64,000 nucleotides of DNA from Nitrospira sp. (GTDB taxonomy: Bacteria > Nitrospirota > Nitrospiria > Nitrospirales > Nitrospiraceae). Positions within the stretch are counted from its first letter, which is position 1. Each line of letters begins with the position of its first letter. Position numbers and translations under genes: made by a program. Under the pieces are notes generated by a model, which had not been told where the DNA came from, did not search any database, and saw nothing but the letters and a program-made list of their open reading frames with translations. Shown here in pieces: positions 21,637-31,038 of this stretch. The stretch lies in contig JBAOHZ010000008.1 of assembly GCA_037045225.1 (NCBI GenBank), forward strand, positions 282-64,281, written 5' to 3'.

Positions 21637-21896
21637 CTGGCATGCGGCGCACACACACCGAACCCATGCAGGTGATTCAGGGCCAGTAGGAAAAGAAAAG
21701 GTGCACTTCGAGGCACTCCCATCCTCGCGTATACCTGAGGTGATGACGCGTTTCATTCGTTGGTTCAACGACACCGCGCCAGGAGAGAAAAAACGAATCA
21801 GAAAAGCCGTGGTGCGGTCGGGTCGTCACGCATGTCTACTTTGAATCGATACACCCATTCGAAGATGGCAATGGCCGTATCGGCCGGGCGTGTTGA
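21637..21896 (+). pseudogene. Fic-domain gene remnant (frameshifted and truncated inside the Fic motif)
   Basis: RRTHTEPMQVIQG / KVHFEALPSSRIPEVMTRFIRWFNDTAPGEKKRIRKAVVRS / VTHVYFESIHPFEDGNGRIGRAC*, in three frames. It parallels residues of the intact Fic at 35374-36528 (WRTHEEPMQVVSG...KVHFEAPPSARVPQNMTQFIEWFNDTGPG...AHLYFETIHPFEDGNGRIGR). Confidence 0.55.
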
Positions 21897-21934
21897 TTGA
21901 GTTTGATCGCACTTTGTGCCCAAGCTTGTCCCTT

Positions 21935-23221
21935 TCAGTTCTTATCTCCCCATGATAACTGCCGCTTTCTGGCCTCCAATTTAAGCAGCGACAGCAGATA
22001 CGCGCCCCGGTTCATCACCCGGTCGTCCTTGGCTCCACCTCGTTGCCCACACATCACGCGTTCCCGAACATCACCGATTAGTTTTCGAATTCGCGTTAAG
22101 GGAATATCTCGTGCGGCCTGAGTCCAAAAAGGTGTAAACCGTTTATCTTTAATGCCGACAAAATCCAACACCTCGGCCACCGTGGCCTTGATTCGACTCT
22201 CCTCCTCCTCGTGGAGCTTGGTTGCCGGAGCCCGAAACGGCAGCAATGGGTCACGAATTCCATCGGGTAATTGACTGGCCAAACCTAAATGGCGGCAGGC
22301 ACGATCGGCTTCCCACCAGGCAGGTCCAGCCACCCACCGTACTTGAAGATCATTTTTGTCACCGTTCAAAGCGGTATATCCCCACCCATCCAAAAACCCA
22401 AGGCTCTGCAGCTCCTGATGTGCGGGATCGAGTTGCTCTCGAATTTTTGAGAGGCCTGATCGCGGCGTTAATTGCCAATTGCGTACGAGTTCCGCATAGC
22501 GAATTCTCGCTTCCCCTCCCCCATCCGGAAATAAGGCATGCAATGCTTGATGCAACAATTGAGAGATCGGGCGCGTGAGGCGGGTGAATAAGGCATGATC
22601 GACCACCCAGCAGTTACCCGAATTAAAACTTTCAACATACCAGTCGGCGAGACGAATGCGATGTACCTGCATATTCTGTGGACCGGCGTCCTCATCCAGG
22701 ACTTGCGTGAGATTTTCGAAAATATGCACCAACTGCTCCTGACCTCGCCGACCGGGCTCTGTGATCTCCAGCCCCAGAGCCGTGGCGCCCAATCGAACAA
22801 AGAAGCGGCGTAATTCCCGATAGGCTGACCCGCATTTTTTCTTGCCTGCCGCCTCAATGATGTCCTTTGCCCGCAACACGACCGTCTGTTCCAAGGGGGC
22901 ATCTTCTTTCTTCCGCTGTTGTTCTGTGAGAACTTGCTCCATGGCACGGAAGAATTCCAAATCCAACGTATTCGGGAGCCCATCTCCACCATAAACCGTT
23001 AAGCAATGTCGGTGAAGTTCATCCCCCACCTTCACCTCACTCACAATCGATTTCTTATGAGCCGTTCGAACTCCTTTGCTGGCCTTCACGCTCCAAATCT
23101 GATGGCGGTTAAGGATGCGCTCACTCTGGATAAAAGTCGGTTCAGGAATTATGACCGCGTCCACGGAGGAGGTTCCTCCGGTTGATTCTGTATTTGATCC
23201 CAAGGAGATGTGTTTACTCAC
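21935..23221 (-). CDS. plasmid replication initiator (RPA/RepA-like)
   Basis: The segment CLTVYGGDGLPNTLDLEFFRAMEQVL fits the replication-initiator-protein-A pattern. The gene lies directly beside an iteron array plus DnaA box and upstream of parBA. Confidence 0.6.
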   Translation of the reverse strand: MSKHISLGSNTESTGGTSSVDAVIIPEPTFIQSERILNRHQIWSVKASKGVRTAHKKSIVSEVKVGDELHRHCLTVYGGDGLPNTLDLEFFRAMEQVLTEQQRKKEDAPLEQTVVLRAKDIIEAAGKKKCGSAYRELRRFFVRLGATALGLEITEPGRRGQEQLVHIFENLTQVLDEDAGPQNMQVHRIRLADWYVESFNSGNCWVVDHALFTRLTRPISQLLHQALHALFPDGGGEARIRYAELVRNWQLTPRSGLSKIREQLDPAHQELQSLGFLDGWGYTALNGDKNDLQVRWVAGPAWWEADRACRHLGLASQLPDGIRDPLLPFRAPATKLHEEEESRIKATVAEVLDFVGIKDKRFTPFWTQAARDIPLTRIRKLIGDVRERVMCGQRGGAKDDRVMNRGAYLLSLLKLEARKRQLSWGDKN

Positions 23222-23337
23222 GTAGTCCTCCGTTACGTATTAGTCTTTTCTTTCGTAATTCTTTACGTAAGTCCACATTTCCACGTCTTAGTCAGAGCCA
23301 CGATCATCAATCAAATAGCGGACTTATGGGACAACAC

Positions 23338-23487
23338 AGTTTCTTTTCACTCTCACGGTTCTTTTCACTCTCACAAGATTTCTTTTGAGTCTCACCAAAT
23401 AACGGCCCATTGCTATCCTTTGCCTCTCACTAATTTCTTTTCACTCTCACGAAATCGTCCTTTGGCTCTCACTTGCCCTGTGGATAA
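23338..23487. repeat. oriV: six iterons plus a DnaA box
   Basis: Direct repeats (T)TTCTTTTCACTCTCAC at 23338-23356, 23357-23374 and 23432-23450. Variants are TTTCTTTTGAGTCTCAC (23377-23395), TCCTTTGCCTCTCAC (23414-23430) and TCCTTTGGCTCTCAC (23456-23472). TGTGGATAA (23479-23487) is the reverse complement of the TTATCCACA consensus. Confidence 0.7.
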
Positions 23488-23672
23488 CCTAGCCCCTTGC
23501 GGGCCCCGTGGCCTTGTTGGGGAAAATGTTGCTGATCCGGGAGGTATCGTCAGGACCCGCACGGGCTAATCGCAGAGCAGGAAGAAAAGTTGAATCTCCG
23601 AACCGTAAACGTTCGAAACTTGTGAGAGTCAAAAGAAGAGCGGAACCGGTCAGTCCAGAGGCGAAAGCAACG

Positions 23673-24650
23673 TCAGGAGGAAGGATTTTGTTTTTGGGCT
23701 TGGGCCACATAATCTCGAGCTTGATCTAATGCCTCCATGACGATAGGAACATCATTGAGCCGATTCGGATGAAAGCGAATGACGAGAAAAAAGGCTCCGT
23801 TGTCTCCCTTGGGAGTAAAACGCACCGACTGGGCACCTTGATTGATGCGCGGCTGACGGAGGATCTCTTCACGGATTCGCTTGGCGGTCCATTGTTGCTC
23901 AACGGCGAGGCGAGCCACCCGTTCCAGTCGAATGGGATTGGATCGCAGGGGAAGGAGCTCCTGTACATGGGTGAATGAGAGCGGAGATCCAGGCCCTAAG
24001 GTCAGATCGAGAATCGCCTCTGGAAGTTCGAGAACGTGCAAGGCCCGAGATATACGTGTTTTGTCGCACCCTAGGGCTTGGGCAAGTTCATTCTGGCGGT
24101 AGTGGTGCTGATCGATGAGTTTTCGGTAGCCCTTCGCTTCCTCAAAGCCCGAGAGATTCTTCCGCAATAGGTTATCGAGCAGGGCCTCTGCGGCTGCGGA
24201 GTCTGTGGACGCCTGTCGCACAAGTGCGGGAATCGTCTGGAGTCCCAACGCTTGCGAGGCACGCCAGCGTCGTTCACCAGCGACGATTTCATAGCGATTC
24301 TTTCCTAGCGGTCTGACATGAATCGGGGTGCGTATCCCATGCACTCGGATGTTCTCCACGAGCTCTGGGTCCGGCTCCACGTTCATGCGGGGCTGGTCCG
24401 GACTGGGTTCCAGCTGATGGAGAGGTAGATTGTAGATTCGCTCAGCGGCCTGAGCACCCTCTCGGTCTTCGTCGAGGGCATGACGGTTCTCCAAGGAAGG
24501 CGTGGCGCTTGGCGTAGCGCGGATGTCTTCCCCTAATGTCTCCTTGAGTACTTCCTCGACCGCGGACTGATTCGACATGCCCAACCCGGCCAGGGCCTTT
24601 TTACCTTCAGCCAGCAGACGCTCCCGTTCTTTGGACATCTTCTGAGACAT
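23673..24650 (-). CDS. parB: ParB-family partition protein
   Basis: ParB N-terminal box IVAGERRWRAS, followed by an HTH (NELAQALGCDKTRISRAL). Its start overlaps the parA stop. Confidence 0.85.
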   Translation of the reverse strand: MSQKMSKERERLLAEGKKALAGLGMSNQSAVEEVLKETLGEDIRATPSATPSLENRHALDEDREGAQAAERIYNLPLHQLEPSPDQPRMNVEPDPELVENIRVHGIRTPIHVRPLGKNRYEIVAGERRWRASQALGLQTIPALVRQASTDSAAAEALLDNLLRKNLSGFEEAKGYRKLIDQHHYRQNELAQALGCDKTRISRALHVLELPEAILDLTLGPGSPLSFTHVQELLPLRSNPIRLERVARLAVEQQWTAKRIREEILRQPRINQGAQSVRFTPKGDNGAFFLVIRFHPNRLNDVPIVMEALDQARDYVAQAQKQNPSS

Positions 24651-25519
24651 CAGTTGACCCCGACTTCTGATTCGCTAACAGGGGATTCCGAGCGCGGCGA
24701 GTCGTCACCCTCACCCTGTTTCGAGTGGTCAAGTGCGAGGCGCGCGATCACCTCCGCGGCCAAGCTGGCATAGTCTTCAGCTCCGGAAGCGCGCAACTCC
24801 TGCTGGAAGATGGTCTTGTTGACCATGATCGCTTTTCCGAATTCCGTATTTTCACGAATCGCAGTCTTAAAGACTTGCTCGCCAAACGTGTCTCGCATGG
24901 TTTTTACGATTGTCTTCGCCACGTTTGTACGCATGTCGCATCGAGTCAATAGATATCCCAGCAACTCGGTCTTGCGATCCGTCTTCACCACATTGACCTG
25001 TCCAATTTTTGTTTGCAGAGAGCGCAGCCCGTCCAGCGCGTACTTATCGCCGGCGCCGACCGGCACGATTACATGATGAGCCGCGTACAAGGCATTCGAC
25101 ATGAACGTCCCAAGGTTGGGGGGGCAATCGAGTAAGCAGATGAAGTAGCGACTCAAGAGCGCAGATTGCTTGAATGCCGCGTCGAGTCCCAGAAGGGCCC
25201 GAGGCGTATTTTGGATGTAACCCTCCTGCTCAAACAGGTCGATGTGTGAGGGGATGAGGTCAAGATTTTTGGTGGTTGTTTCAACAATGGCATCATCGAG
25301 CACGGCCGTGCCCCCCAAGACCTGTGCTAGCGTAATGGCACCCTTATATTCCCGCCGTTCGTGTGGAAACAGAGTTGCAGTCAGGTTGGCCTGGGGGTCG
25401 ACATCAACCACAAGGACCCGTTTCTTACCCATTCGAGCGATACCAGCGGCAAGATTCGCAGCCGTAGTAGTCTTGCCAACACCACCTTTGTGGGACGAAA
25501 TAGCGACTATTCTGGTCAC
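24650..25519 (-). CDS. parA: ParA partition ATPase
   Basis: Deviant Walker A SSHKGGVGKTTTAANLA, followed by VVDVDPQANLT. Confidence 0.9.
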   Translation of the reverse strand: MTRIVAISSHKGGVGKTTTAANLAAGIARMGKKRVLVVDVDPQANLTATLFPHERREYKGAITLAQVLGGTAVLDDAIVETTTKNLDLIPSHIDLFEQEGYIQNTPRALLGLDAAFKQSALLSRYFICLLDCPPNLGTFMSNALYAAHHVIVPVGAGDKYALDGLRSLQTKIGQVNVVKTDRKTELLGYLLTRCDMRTNVAKTIVKTMRDTFGEQVFKTAIRENTEFGKAIMVNKTIFQQELRASGAEDYASLAAEVIARLALDHSKQGEGDDSPRSESPVSESEVGVN

Positions 25520-25561
25520 TGTTAGCCCCCTAGTTATGATGAATTGTCATGCTTAATGATC

Positions 25562-25590
25562 CTCTTATCTGTGCTGACATATAATGTCAA
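25562..25590 (-). promoter_or_regulatory. candidate parA promoter with an overlapping operator palindrome
   Basis: On the minus strand, TTGACA (25590-25585), a 17-nt spacer, then TAAGAG (25567-25562). The palindrome TGACAT-ATA-ATGTCA (25575-25589) overlaps the -35. Confidence 0.35.
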
Positions 25591-25797
25591 GGACTTTTGT
25601 TGATGTATTGTGGATGGCCAAGGCAAGATCCCCTGCAAATGGGACTATTACAGCAGGTGGACTGGCTCAAGAGCGCGTCATTAATATCGTAGTTATGATG
25701 TATTTAGGCTGGAGGTACCACCAGGGGGAATAGAATCTGCCACGGAAGCTGGGCACCACATCAATGCACCCCATACTATATTATGAATCTTTGTCAA

Positions 25798-25903
25798 TTG
25801 CGTTGACGCAACCCATTTGCCGTATTCCAGCTAATTAATGTGGAGAATGGTTTACTGTATTAATTAGAAAAGTAATAAACTATTACAGTTGCGTCAACGC
25901 AAC
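25798..25903. repeat. nested inverted repeats in an AT-rich intergenic region (candidate centromere or operator)
   Basis: The outer pair, TTGCGTTGACGCAA (25798-25811) and GTTGCGTCAACGCAAC (25888-25903), are mutually inverted and each is itself palindromic. The inner pair is CTAATTAAT (25831-25839) and ATTAATTAG (25859-25867). Confidence 0.5.
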
Positions 25904-26037
25904 TGGTTTCTAGGTCACAGGCAGAGATATCCTCAGTATGCGTATTTTCACAATCATCACATCAAGATTGTGTATAACGTTTTATCCCGCATGCCTTGAT
26001 TGGTTGTTTCATTTATAATGTTTAATGACTTCGATCT

Positions 26038-26661
26038 TTAGGGGGTAGCAAACCAGTCTGGGTGATCGCGTTCGAGTTGATCCCGGTACGGAGAATGGGT
26101 CAGGTGGTACCACTTAATCAGTTTTTTGATGAGCTCATAATTCCAGGGAATGCCCAACGTTCGAAGCGAATCGCCAACCGCACTTTGTATTTGGCGCCGC
26201 TCTTCGCGCGTGAGGAGCACTTCAATCCGAGTACACTCCTTGAGCTCGCGTGCTGTGAGCTGATCGACATAGTAGGAAACCGCCGCAGGATGGGCTGTGG
26301 TAGGAGCAGCCGAAGAGGCCGCCAACCAACACACCTCATAGGCGGCGGCATTGATCGGAGTCGATTCGCGCACTTGCCGGATAAGCCCTTCCTCCATGAG
26401 CTGTGGTACATATTTTTTAATCGTCTCAAGTGCGAGCCCTGTCCAGGCACACATCTCAAGGCGTGAGGCTTCAATCAATTCTTTTCCATTGCCATGAGAC
26501 CACCGTAGCAGCTGCAGATAGAGCAATGATTTGCCTGGCGGCATTTTTCGAAACGTCGAGTGATCGAGCACCTGTCGGAATCGTTCGAAGACCAGGGGAT
26601 CAGTCACCGGTAGAGGAGACGTTGCTGAGTTTAGAGGTCCAATTCCATGAGGCATCTGCAT
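26038..26661 (-). CDS. hypothetical protein with a probable winged-helix DNA-binding domain
   Basis: 207 aa. The segment SRLEMCAWTGLALETIKKYVPQLMEEGLIRQV looks like an HTH/wHTH. No family was recognised. Confidence 0.35.
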   Translation of the reverse strand: MQMPHGIGPLNSATSPLPVTDPLVFERFRQVLDHSTFRKMPPGKSLLYLQLLRWSHGNGKELIEASRLEMCAWTGLALETIKKYVPQLMEEGLIRQVRESTPINAAAYEVCWLAASSAAPTTAHPAAVSYYVDQLTARELKECTRIEVLLTREERRQIQSAVGDSLRTLGIPWNYELIKKLIKWYHLTHSPYRDQLERDHPDWFATP

Positions 26662-26843
26662 CCCTCCAATTTGTCAGTGCGTATTCTCATGCGGTGTTTA
26701 GAACGTCTGAATTATTAAAGAAAGACAAAGAGTTACCTCTCATTCAGAGCGTTGACTCATGCCGGGATGGATTAGACGCCTAAATAAGACCCCTGTCAAT
26801 GGGGTCTGCATCGCTTGAAGATCGATTAAGTGGTCATTAGTCG

Positions 26844-28211
26844 ATGTTCAGTAGATATGGAGTTTGTAGTGTGATACAGATGACACCGCACGCCAGCGCG
26901 GGTTTTGAACGGTCGGAGGAAAACAGGTCTATGGGGTGTGAGCAGGACGACGAACCGCCGGCTGAGACGGCTGAGACGGCAGGGTCGGCAGACGGCGACC
27001 CCCGCGTGATCGACCAGGCGTTACAACCCTGGCTGCCGGCGACCCGACCCAAGGTCCAGCTCGAGACCCTCTCCATCCTCACATGGCCGACTGGGGTGGC
27101 GGTCGACAGCCCCGCGTTTGATCATTTTCTGGCCGCGGTGGTCTCGCCCTTCTGTGCCACCTATCCCGCGCGGAGTACCCAGCTCCTCTACCGCCGCAGT
27201 CTGACCTATTTTTTTCGCTGGTGGGGCCAGGCCCGCGCGAGGGAAGGCCAGCCGGACAGCTTCACCGAACAGTTGCTGCACGGCTACCGCGCCAGCCTCA
27301 CCCTCCAACAGCGGGAGGGGACACACAAACGCTTGGAGGCGCGGACGATCAACGTCTACCTCGCCAGCTTACGCGCTTTCTGTCAGTGGCTGAAACGGAC
27401 CGCACAGATCCCCTACAACCCGATGAGCGCAGTAAAGGGCATGAAAGTCGCCAAACGGTTCGTCCGGGACAGCCTGACCGAGCCCGAAGTCGAACGCCTG
27501 ATCGCCACCTTCGATGTGACCGTCACCGACCCGGCCGCCCAAGAGCAGGTGTTGCGCGATTATGCCATGACGCTACTTTGGGTCAGTACCGGCACCCGCA
27601 GCATCGAACTCGCGCGGGCGCAGCGCCGGCATCTCAATCACCGGGATGGCCACCCCATCCTCTATCTCCACCGCAAAGGCAGCAGTAGTGCCGAACAGCC
27701 GGTGGTGCTGGCACCCTGGGTGCTCGATGCGCTCACCGCCTATTTCCGGATGCATGACCGCCGGCATCATGGTGGGGGCCCCACGGAACCGTTCCGTGGT
27801 CCGCTTCCCGAGCACCCCTTGTTTGCCTGGCTGCGGGGCCCGGGCAAGTATCATTCGAAGAGGCAGAATGTCGCCCAGACTCGAGGGTGCCGGCCCTTAG
27901 GAGTCGGTTCGATTCAGGCCATGATGCGCCACCATCTCGAGGAGGCGGGCCTCAGTCGGCTGATCAACCCGGATACCCAAAGCGTCCGTCCGATCTCCCC
28001 GCATTCGCTTCGACATACGGCCGCCACGCTCGCACTGAAACATGGTGCGACGATCAGACAGGTCCAGTCCATGCTGGGTCATGCCGACATCCAGACCACC
28101 ATGATCTATCTGCACGAGAAGGACCGCATCCTGAACGCGGCCGAACACACCATCCCCGACTTTTCCGTCCCACTTCCCACCGTCTGTGACAGACGGGAGC
28201 ACCACGAGTAG
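26844..28211 (+). CDS. tyrosine recombinase / integrase (XerC/D superfamily)
   Basis: C-terminal catalytic signature: ...[11 protein letters not shown]..., [38 protein letters not shown]. The start is uncertain (26844 or 26880). Confidence 0.85.
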   Translation: MFSRYGVCSVIQMTPHASAGFERSEENRSMGCEQDDEPPAETAETAGSADGDPRVIDQALQPWLPATRPKVQLETLSILTWPTGVAVDSPAFDHFLAAVVSPFCATYPARSTQLLYRRSLTYFFRWWGQARAREGQPDSFTEQLLHGYRASLTLQQREGTHKRLEARTINVYLASLRAFCQWLKRTAQIPYNPMSAVKGMKVAKRFVRDSLTEPEVERLIATFDVTVTDPAAQEQVLRDYAMTLLWVSTGTRSIELARAQRRHLNHRDGHPILYLHRKGSSSAEQPVVLAPWVLDALTAYFRMHDRRHHGGGPTEPFRGPLPEHPLFAWLRGPGKYHSKRQNVAQTRGCRPLGVGSIQAMMRHHLEEAGLSRLINPDTQSVRPISPHSLRHTAATLALKHGATIRQVQSMLGHADIQTTMIYLHEKDRILNAAEHTIPDFSVPLPTVCDRREHHE

Positions 28212-28861
28212 GACTCGGCGAAGAGCTACGATGACCGTGTTATCATCACGCCGCGAGGCCATTCGGAAACACCTCGGTCAGTTTATGCGTGGGCCCCGTT
28301 GACGTGACGAGATGAAGCACAAACCCGGCCACGGATCGTCAACCACGCGCGTGCAATGCCTGCAGCAAGACGTGCTCAGACACCTGGTCAAGATCGCCGG
28401 GCTAGAAGACATGACGATATGGCGCAGCAGAACCAAGGTGTGGCACCTGAGTGTGAAGCTGAAGCATCGTCCGCAGGTGTACTATCTCAGCACGCGCCGC
28501 ACGCCGCACGTGCCCCGTCCCTTCAAGCGCTTCGATGCAGCGTTAGCCGCTGGCCAGCGGGTTAGTTCCACCCGTCAGTTCAAACTCGTCTTACTGTAAG
28601 CAATATCCGCCCTCTCCTGTAGGACGAGTCTGACACTGGCTACATTCTCAGGCTGACGCTTTTGATACCCCGTAAATGCATTCGGACAAATTCAAAGGCA
28701 GGGGCCTCATCCCGTACGGACAGGTCGAGATCAGGGCTCGCGCACAGCGTGTAAGTCACCCGACCGCTGACGTGTGCGTGAGCCAGAATGACACGTAATG
28801 CCAATCCTTGCCATCTCTCCCTATGTATGGCATTGTTGGAGGTAAGAGCAGGAGGTGCACC

Positions 28862-29122
28862 ATGCAGAGCATGAATATTTCTCTCCCTGATCCCCTGAAG
28901 CAATTCGTGGATGGGCAGATCGCCCAAGGTCGCTACAGCAGCGCGAGCGAGTATGTGCGTGAGTTGATTCGAGCCGACGAAAAACGCAAAGCGGAAGACC
29001 TGCTGGAAGCGAAATTACTGGAAGGTCTGAACAGCGCCGAGAGCGTCCTGACGCCGGCGGACTGGAAGGACATTCGCAGCGAAGCCCTGGCGAAGCTGAC
29101 GGCCCGAAAGACACCGCGCTGA
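28862..29122 (+). CDS. parD: ParD-type (RHH) antitoxin
   Basis: MQSMNISLPDPLKQFVDGQIAQGRYSSASEYVRELIRADEKRK is the ParD4/CopG antitoxin pattern. Its stop overlaps the parE start. Confidence 0.8.
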   Translation: MQSMNISLPDPLKQFVDGQIAQGRYSSASEYVRELIRADEKRKAEDLLEAKLLEGLNSAESVLTPADWKDIRSEALAKLTARKTPR

Positions 29123-29442
29123 TGCCGACGGTGTATCAGCGTGCGGCAGCCAGGCGCGACCTGGTAGAGCAGTTCGTCTATCTGGCGGAAGTGGCGGGCC
29201 TGGACATGGCGCAGCGTTTTCTGACCAACGCTGAGGCCAGCTTCAACGATCTGGCCTGTCAGCCCATGCTCGGTGCCCCGCTGACGCTGCAACACCCCAG
29301 TCTCGCGGGCATCCGCAAGTGGCGCATTAAGGATTTCGACAACCAGCTGATTTTCTATCTGCCGCACCCTGACGGCGTGTCGATCGTGCGCGTGCTGCAC
29401 GCGGCACGCGACTGGTGGAGCCTGTTAGGCATCGAAACCTAA
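29122..29442 (+). CDS. parE: ParE/RelE-family toxin
   Basis: 106 aa with ...A..DL..I..YLA......A.RF ... IVRVLHAARD, typical of ParE. Confidence 0.8.
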   Translation: MPTVYQRAAARRDLVEQFVYLAEVAGLDMAQRFLTNAEASFNDLACQPMLGAPLTLQHPSLAGIRKWRIKDFDNQLIFYLPHPDGVSIVRVLHAARDWWSLLGIET

Positions 29443-29602
29443 CCGTGCAGAGGGTCGCCTCGTGCTAGAAGAAGGATAACACCTGGAATGGTTCAAACTG
29501 CTGCGCGGCTTCATTACAAACGATGTTATCAAATGGAGGGATCCCAATGTGCGAGCGAGACGAAGGATTATGGCCATGGCGGCGGTCGGTGATGTAGCTT
29601 CA

Positions 29603-30039
29603 TTATGAATAGAAGGCTCCTGAGAGCCTTTTTCGTGTGGCAGTATCGCCGAGGAACCCCTGGTCCTTGAGATTGGCGAACCAAGTCTCGGCGAAGGAGG
29701 CGAGCTCCTGCTTCAACCGTACATTGACGCGGGTCTTCTTACCATCTTCGTCATACCGGTACACCTCCTGTAGAACACCCATATAATCGTTCTGGAAAGA
29801 TAGCGGCATTGCCATGGAGGCAAGAGGGGATAACGAGAGTTCAAAGACCAGTTCGGGATCGCGCATCAGGTTGCCATTCTGTTCGCGATCGTGGCAGAGA
29901 GACACCAGGCAGTGGCCGTCTGCGGATTTCCCAATGTGTTCGACGAATAGGGCAGAGAGCCGCTCACCGTGAGGCGGACGGCGGTCTCGCTGCCGAGCAG
30001 CTGAGTCAGGACTGTCGCGAAATGGTGATAGGTGTTCAT
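29603..30039 (-). pseudogene. DUF6908-like conjugative-element protein, copy A (frameshifted)
   Basis: ATG at 30039 with AAGGAG upstream gives MNTYHHFATVLTQLLGSETAVRLTVSG. Homology to copy B then continues in another frame (LSALFVEHIGKSADGHCLVSLCHDREQNGNLMRDPELVFEL...). The span is 437 nt, not a multiple of 3, and the shift lies near 29955-29968. Confidence 0.6.
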
Positions 30040-30107
30040 CGTAGTGACTCCTTGAGGGAAGCCCCCGGCGCTGAGCGCCAGAGGCTCCCGATGGGAAGCA
30101 ACGCTGT

Positions 30108-30341
30108 TTACCGTGCTTGCCCACGGACCCAGTCCTTGGCCATTTCTGCCACGGATGCCAGGGCATCCAGATCGTTGAGACCGTAGGAAGCCGAGGTTTT
30201 CCAGTTGCCTTCCACGTCCTTATAGGGACGGGAAAAGGTGACGGAGTAGAAAATGCCTCTTTCTCCGGTATTCTCCCAGACAGCGGCGTTGACGGCGCCG
30301 CACCTGAAAGCAGTCGCTGGTTTTGAGTGTGATGTAGCCAT
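30108..30341 (-). CDS. small conserved protein, copy A (77 aa, unknown function)
   Basis: MATSHSKPATAFRCGAVNAAVWENTGERGIFYSVTFSRPYKDVEGNWKTSASYGLNDLDAL..., paralogous to 32139-32375. A GGGGGA RBS lies 6 nt upstream. Confidence 0.6.
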   Translation of the reverse strand: MATSHSKPATAFRCGAVNAAVWENTGERGIFYSVTFSRPYKDVEGNWKTSASYGLNDLDALASVAEMAKDWVRGQAR

Positions 30342-30659
30342 GTCGTTCCCCCTTTGAAAAATGTTGGTTGGCTCTCTCACAACGCTAGAGAGCCAAGCGG
30401 CATTTGAAAGAGGGGCGAGCCTGGAAGCCGGAGGGCGTACCGGCGCGGGATCCGCAGCGAACAGGACAGCGGCTCGTTGCTGGCGTGGGCGGTGCCTCGC
30501 GCCGGGGAAAAGCCCATAGGCGAGAGGGCGTCATGGTTACACAAAAAGCAAGGAAGTGGTAGGGGAGGAAGTCTTGCCGCCCTGTCAAAGGGATACTGGG
30601 CAGTTATGCCTGTCGGCGCTTTCCTTGTGAGGACCGGGGAAGGGCAAGTGCCTGGAATC
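30342..30659 (-). promoter_or_regulatory. structured non-coding leader, copy A
   Basis: Hairpin TTGGCTCTCT-9nt-AGAGAGCCAA at 30368-30396, 26 nt from the ATG. It is followed by GC-rich blocks shared with copy B (GCCGGAGGGCGTACC, GGCTGGCGTGGGCGGTGC, GAAAAGCCCA, ATGCCTG.CGGCG.TTTCCTT, GGAATC). Confidence 0.5.
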
Positions 30660-30680
30660 TCGTGGGGAAACGGATAGCCA

Positions 30681-30709
30681 TTGACATGTACGGCACTGTG
30701 CCGTACGCT
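30681..30709 (+). promoter_or_regulatory. promoter/operator of the DUF1778-GNAT toxin-antitoxin operon
   Basis: TTGACA (30681-30686), a 17-nt spacer and TACGCT. A perfect 9-nt-arm palindrome GTACGGCAC-T-GTGCCGTAC (30688-30706) spans the spacer. Confidence 0.5.
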
Positions 30710-30735
30710 TGAATCAGAAGCACAAGGAGGACATC

Positions 30736-31038
30736 ATGCCGCCGACCGATCTAGAAACAGAAGAAAAGGCTCCCCGCGTGGAGCGACTTGAAGCGCGTGT
30801 CAGTAAGGCGCAGAAGAATCTGTTTTTGCGAGCTGCGACAGTGCAGGGCCGATCGCTGACGGATTTTTTGATTGCGAGCGTGCAGGAAGCTGCGGAGAGA
30901 GCCTTGCGCGCGCATGATGTGCTGACGCTGAGCGAACGTGACCGGAGAATCTTTGTAGAGACTCTTGTGAAGCCCGCCGCGCCCAGCAAGACGCTTCGTC
31001 AGGCTGCGACACGCTACAAGGAGAGGACGAGGATCTAG
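30736..31038 (+). CDS. DUF1778 (TacA-like) antitoxin
   Basis: RLEARVSKAQKNLFLRAATVQGRSLTDFLIASVQEAAERAL is the RHH DUF1778 pattern. An AAGGAGGA RBS is present. Confidence 0.8.
   Translation: MPPTDLETEEKAPRVERLEARVSKAQKNLFLRAATVQGRSLTDFLIASVQEAAERALRAHDVLTLSERDRRIFVETLVKPAAPSKTLRQAATRYKERTRI

Noticed and set aside
23338-23472. A short regularly spaced repeat array that could superficially resemble a CRISPR.
   Set aside because: The repeats are 15-19 bp with spacers of 0-20 bp. They sit next to a rep gene and a DnaA box, and no cas genes are present. They are iterons.
29474-29531. A possible integron attC site. After parE there is a 58-bp imperfect inverted repeat GGATAACA...AATG...CATT...TGTTATC. 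A tyrosine recombinase lies upstream, and TA genes are arranged like cassettes.
   Set aside because: - The arms fit the R''/R' consensus (RYYYAAC / GTTRRRY) only in the AAC/GTT core.
- No comparable element follows the other TA operons.
- The recombinase shows no recognisable IntI-specific insert and has the same orientation as the putative cassettes.
- The minus-strand modules interleave with the TA operons.
30368-30396. The TGGCTC... of the leader hairpins as a sigma-54 -24 element.
   Set aside because: No TTGC/GC lies at the required distance in any of the three copies.
30385-30588. A 67-aa ORF inside leader A, and the analogous 32150-32554 ORF inside leader B.
   Set aside because: The two translations are not alignable in frame. 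The nucleotide blocks are conserved while the reading frames are not. Both translations are Pro/Arg-rich and neither has an RBS.
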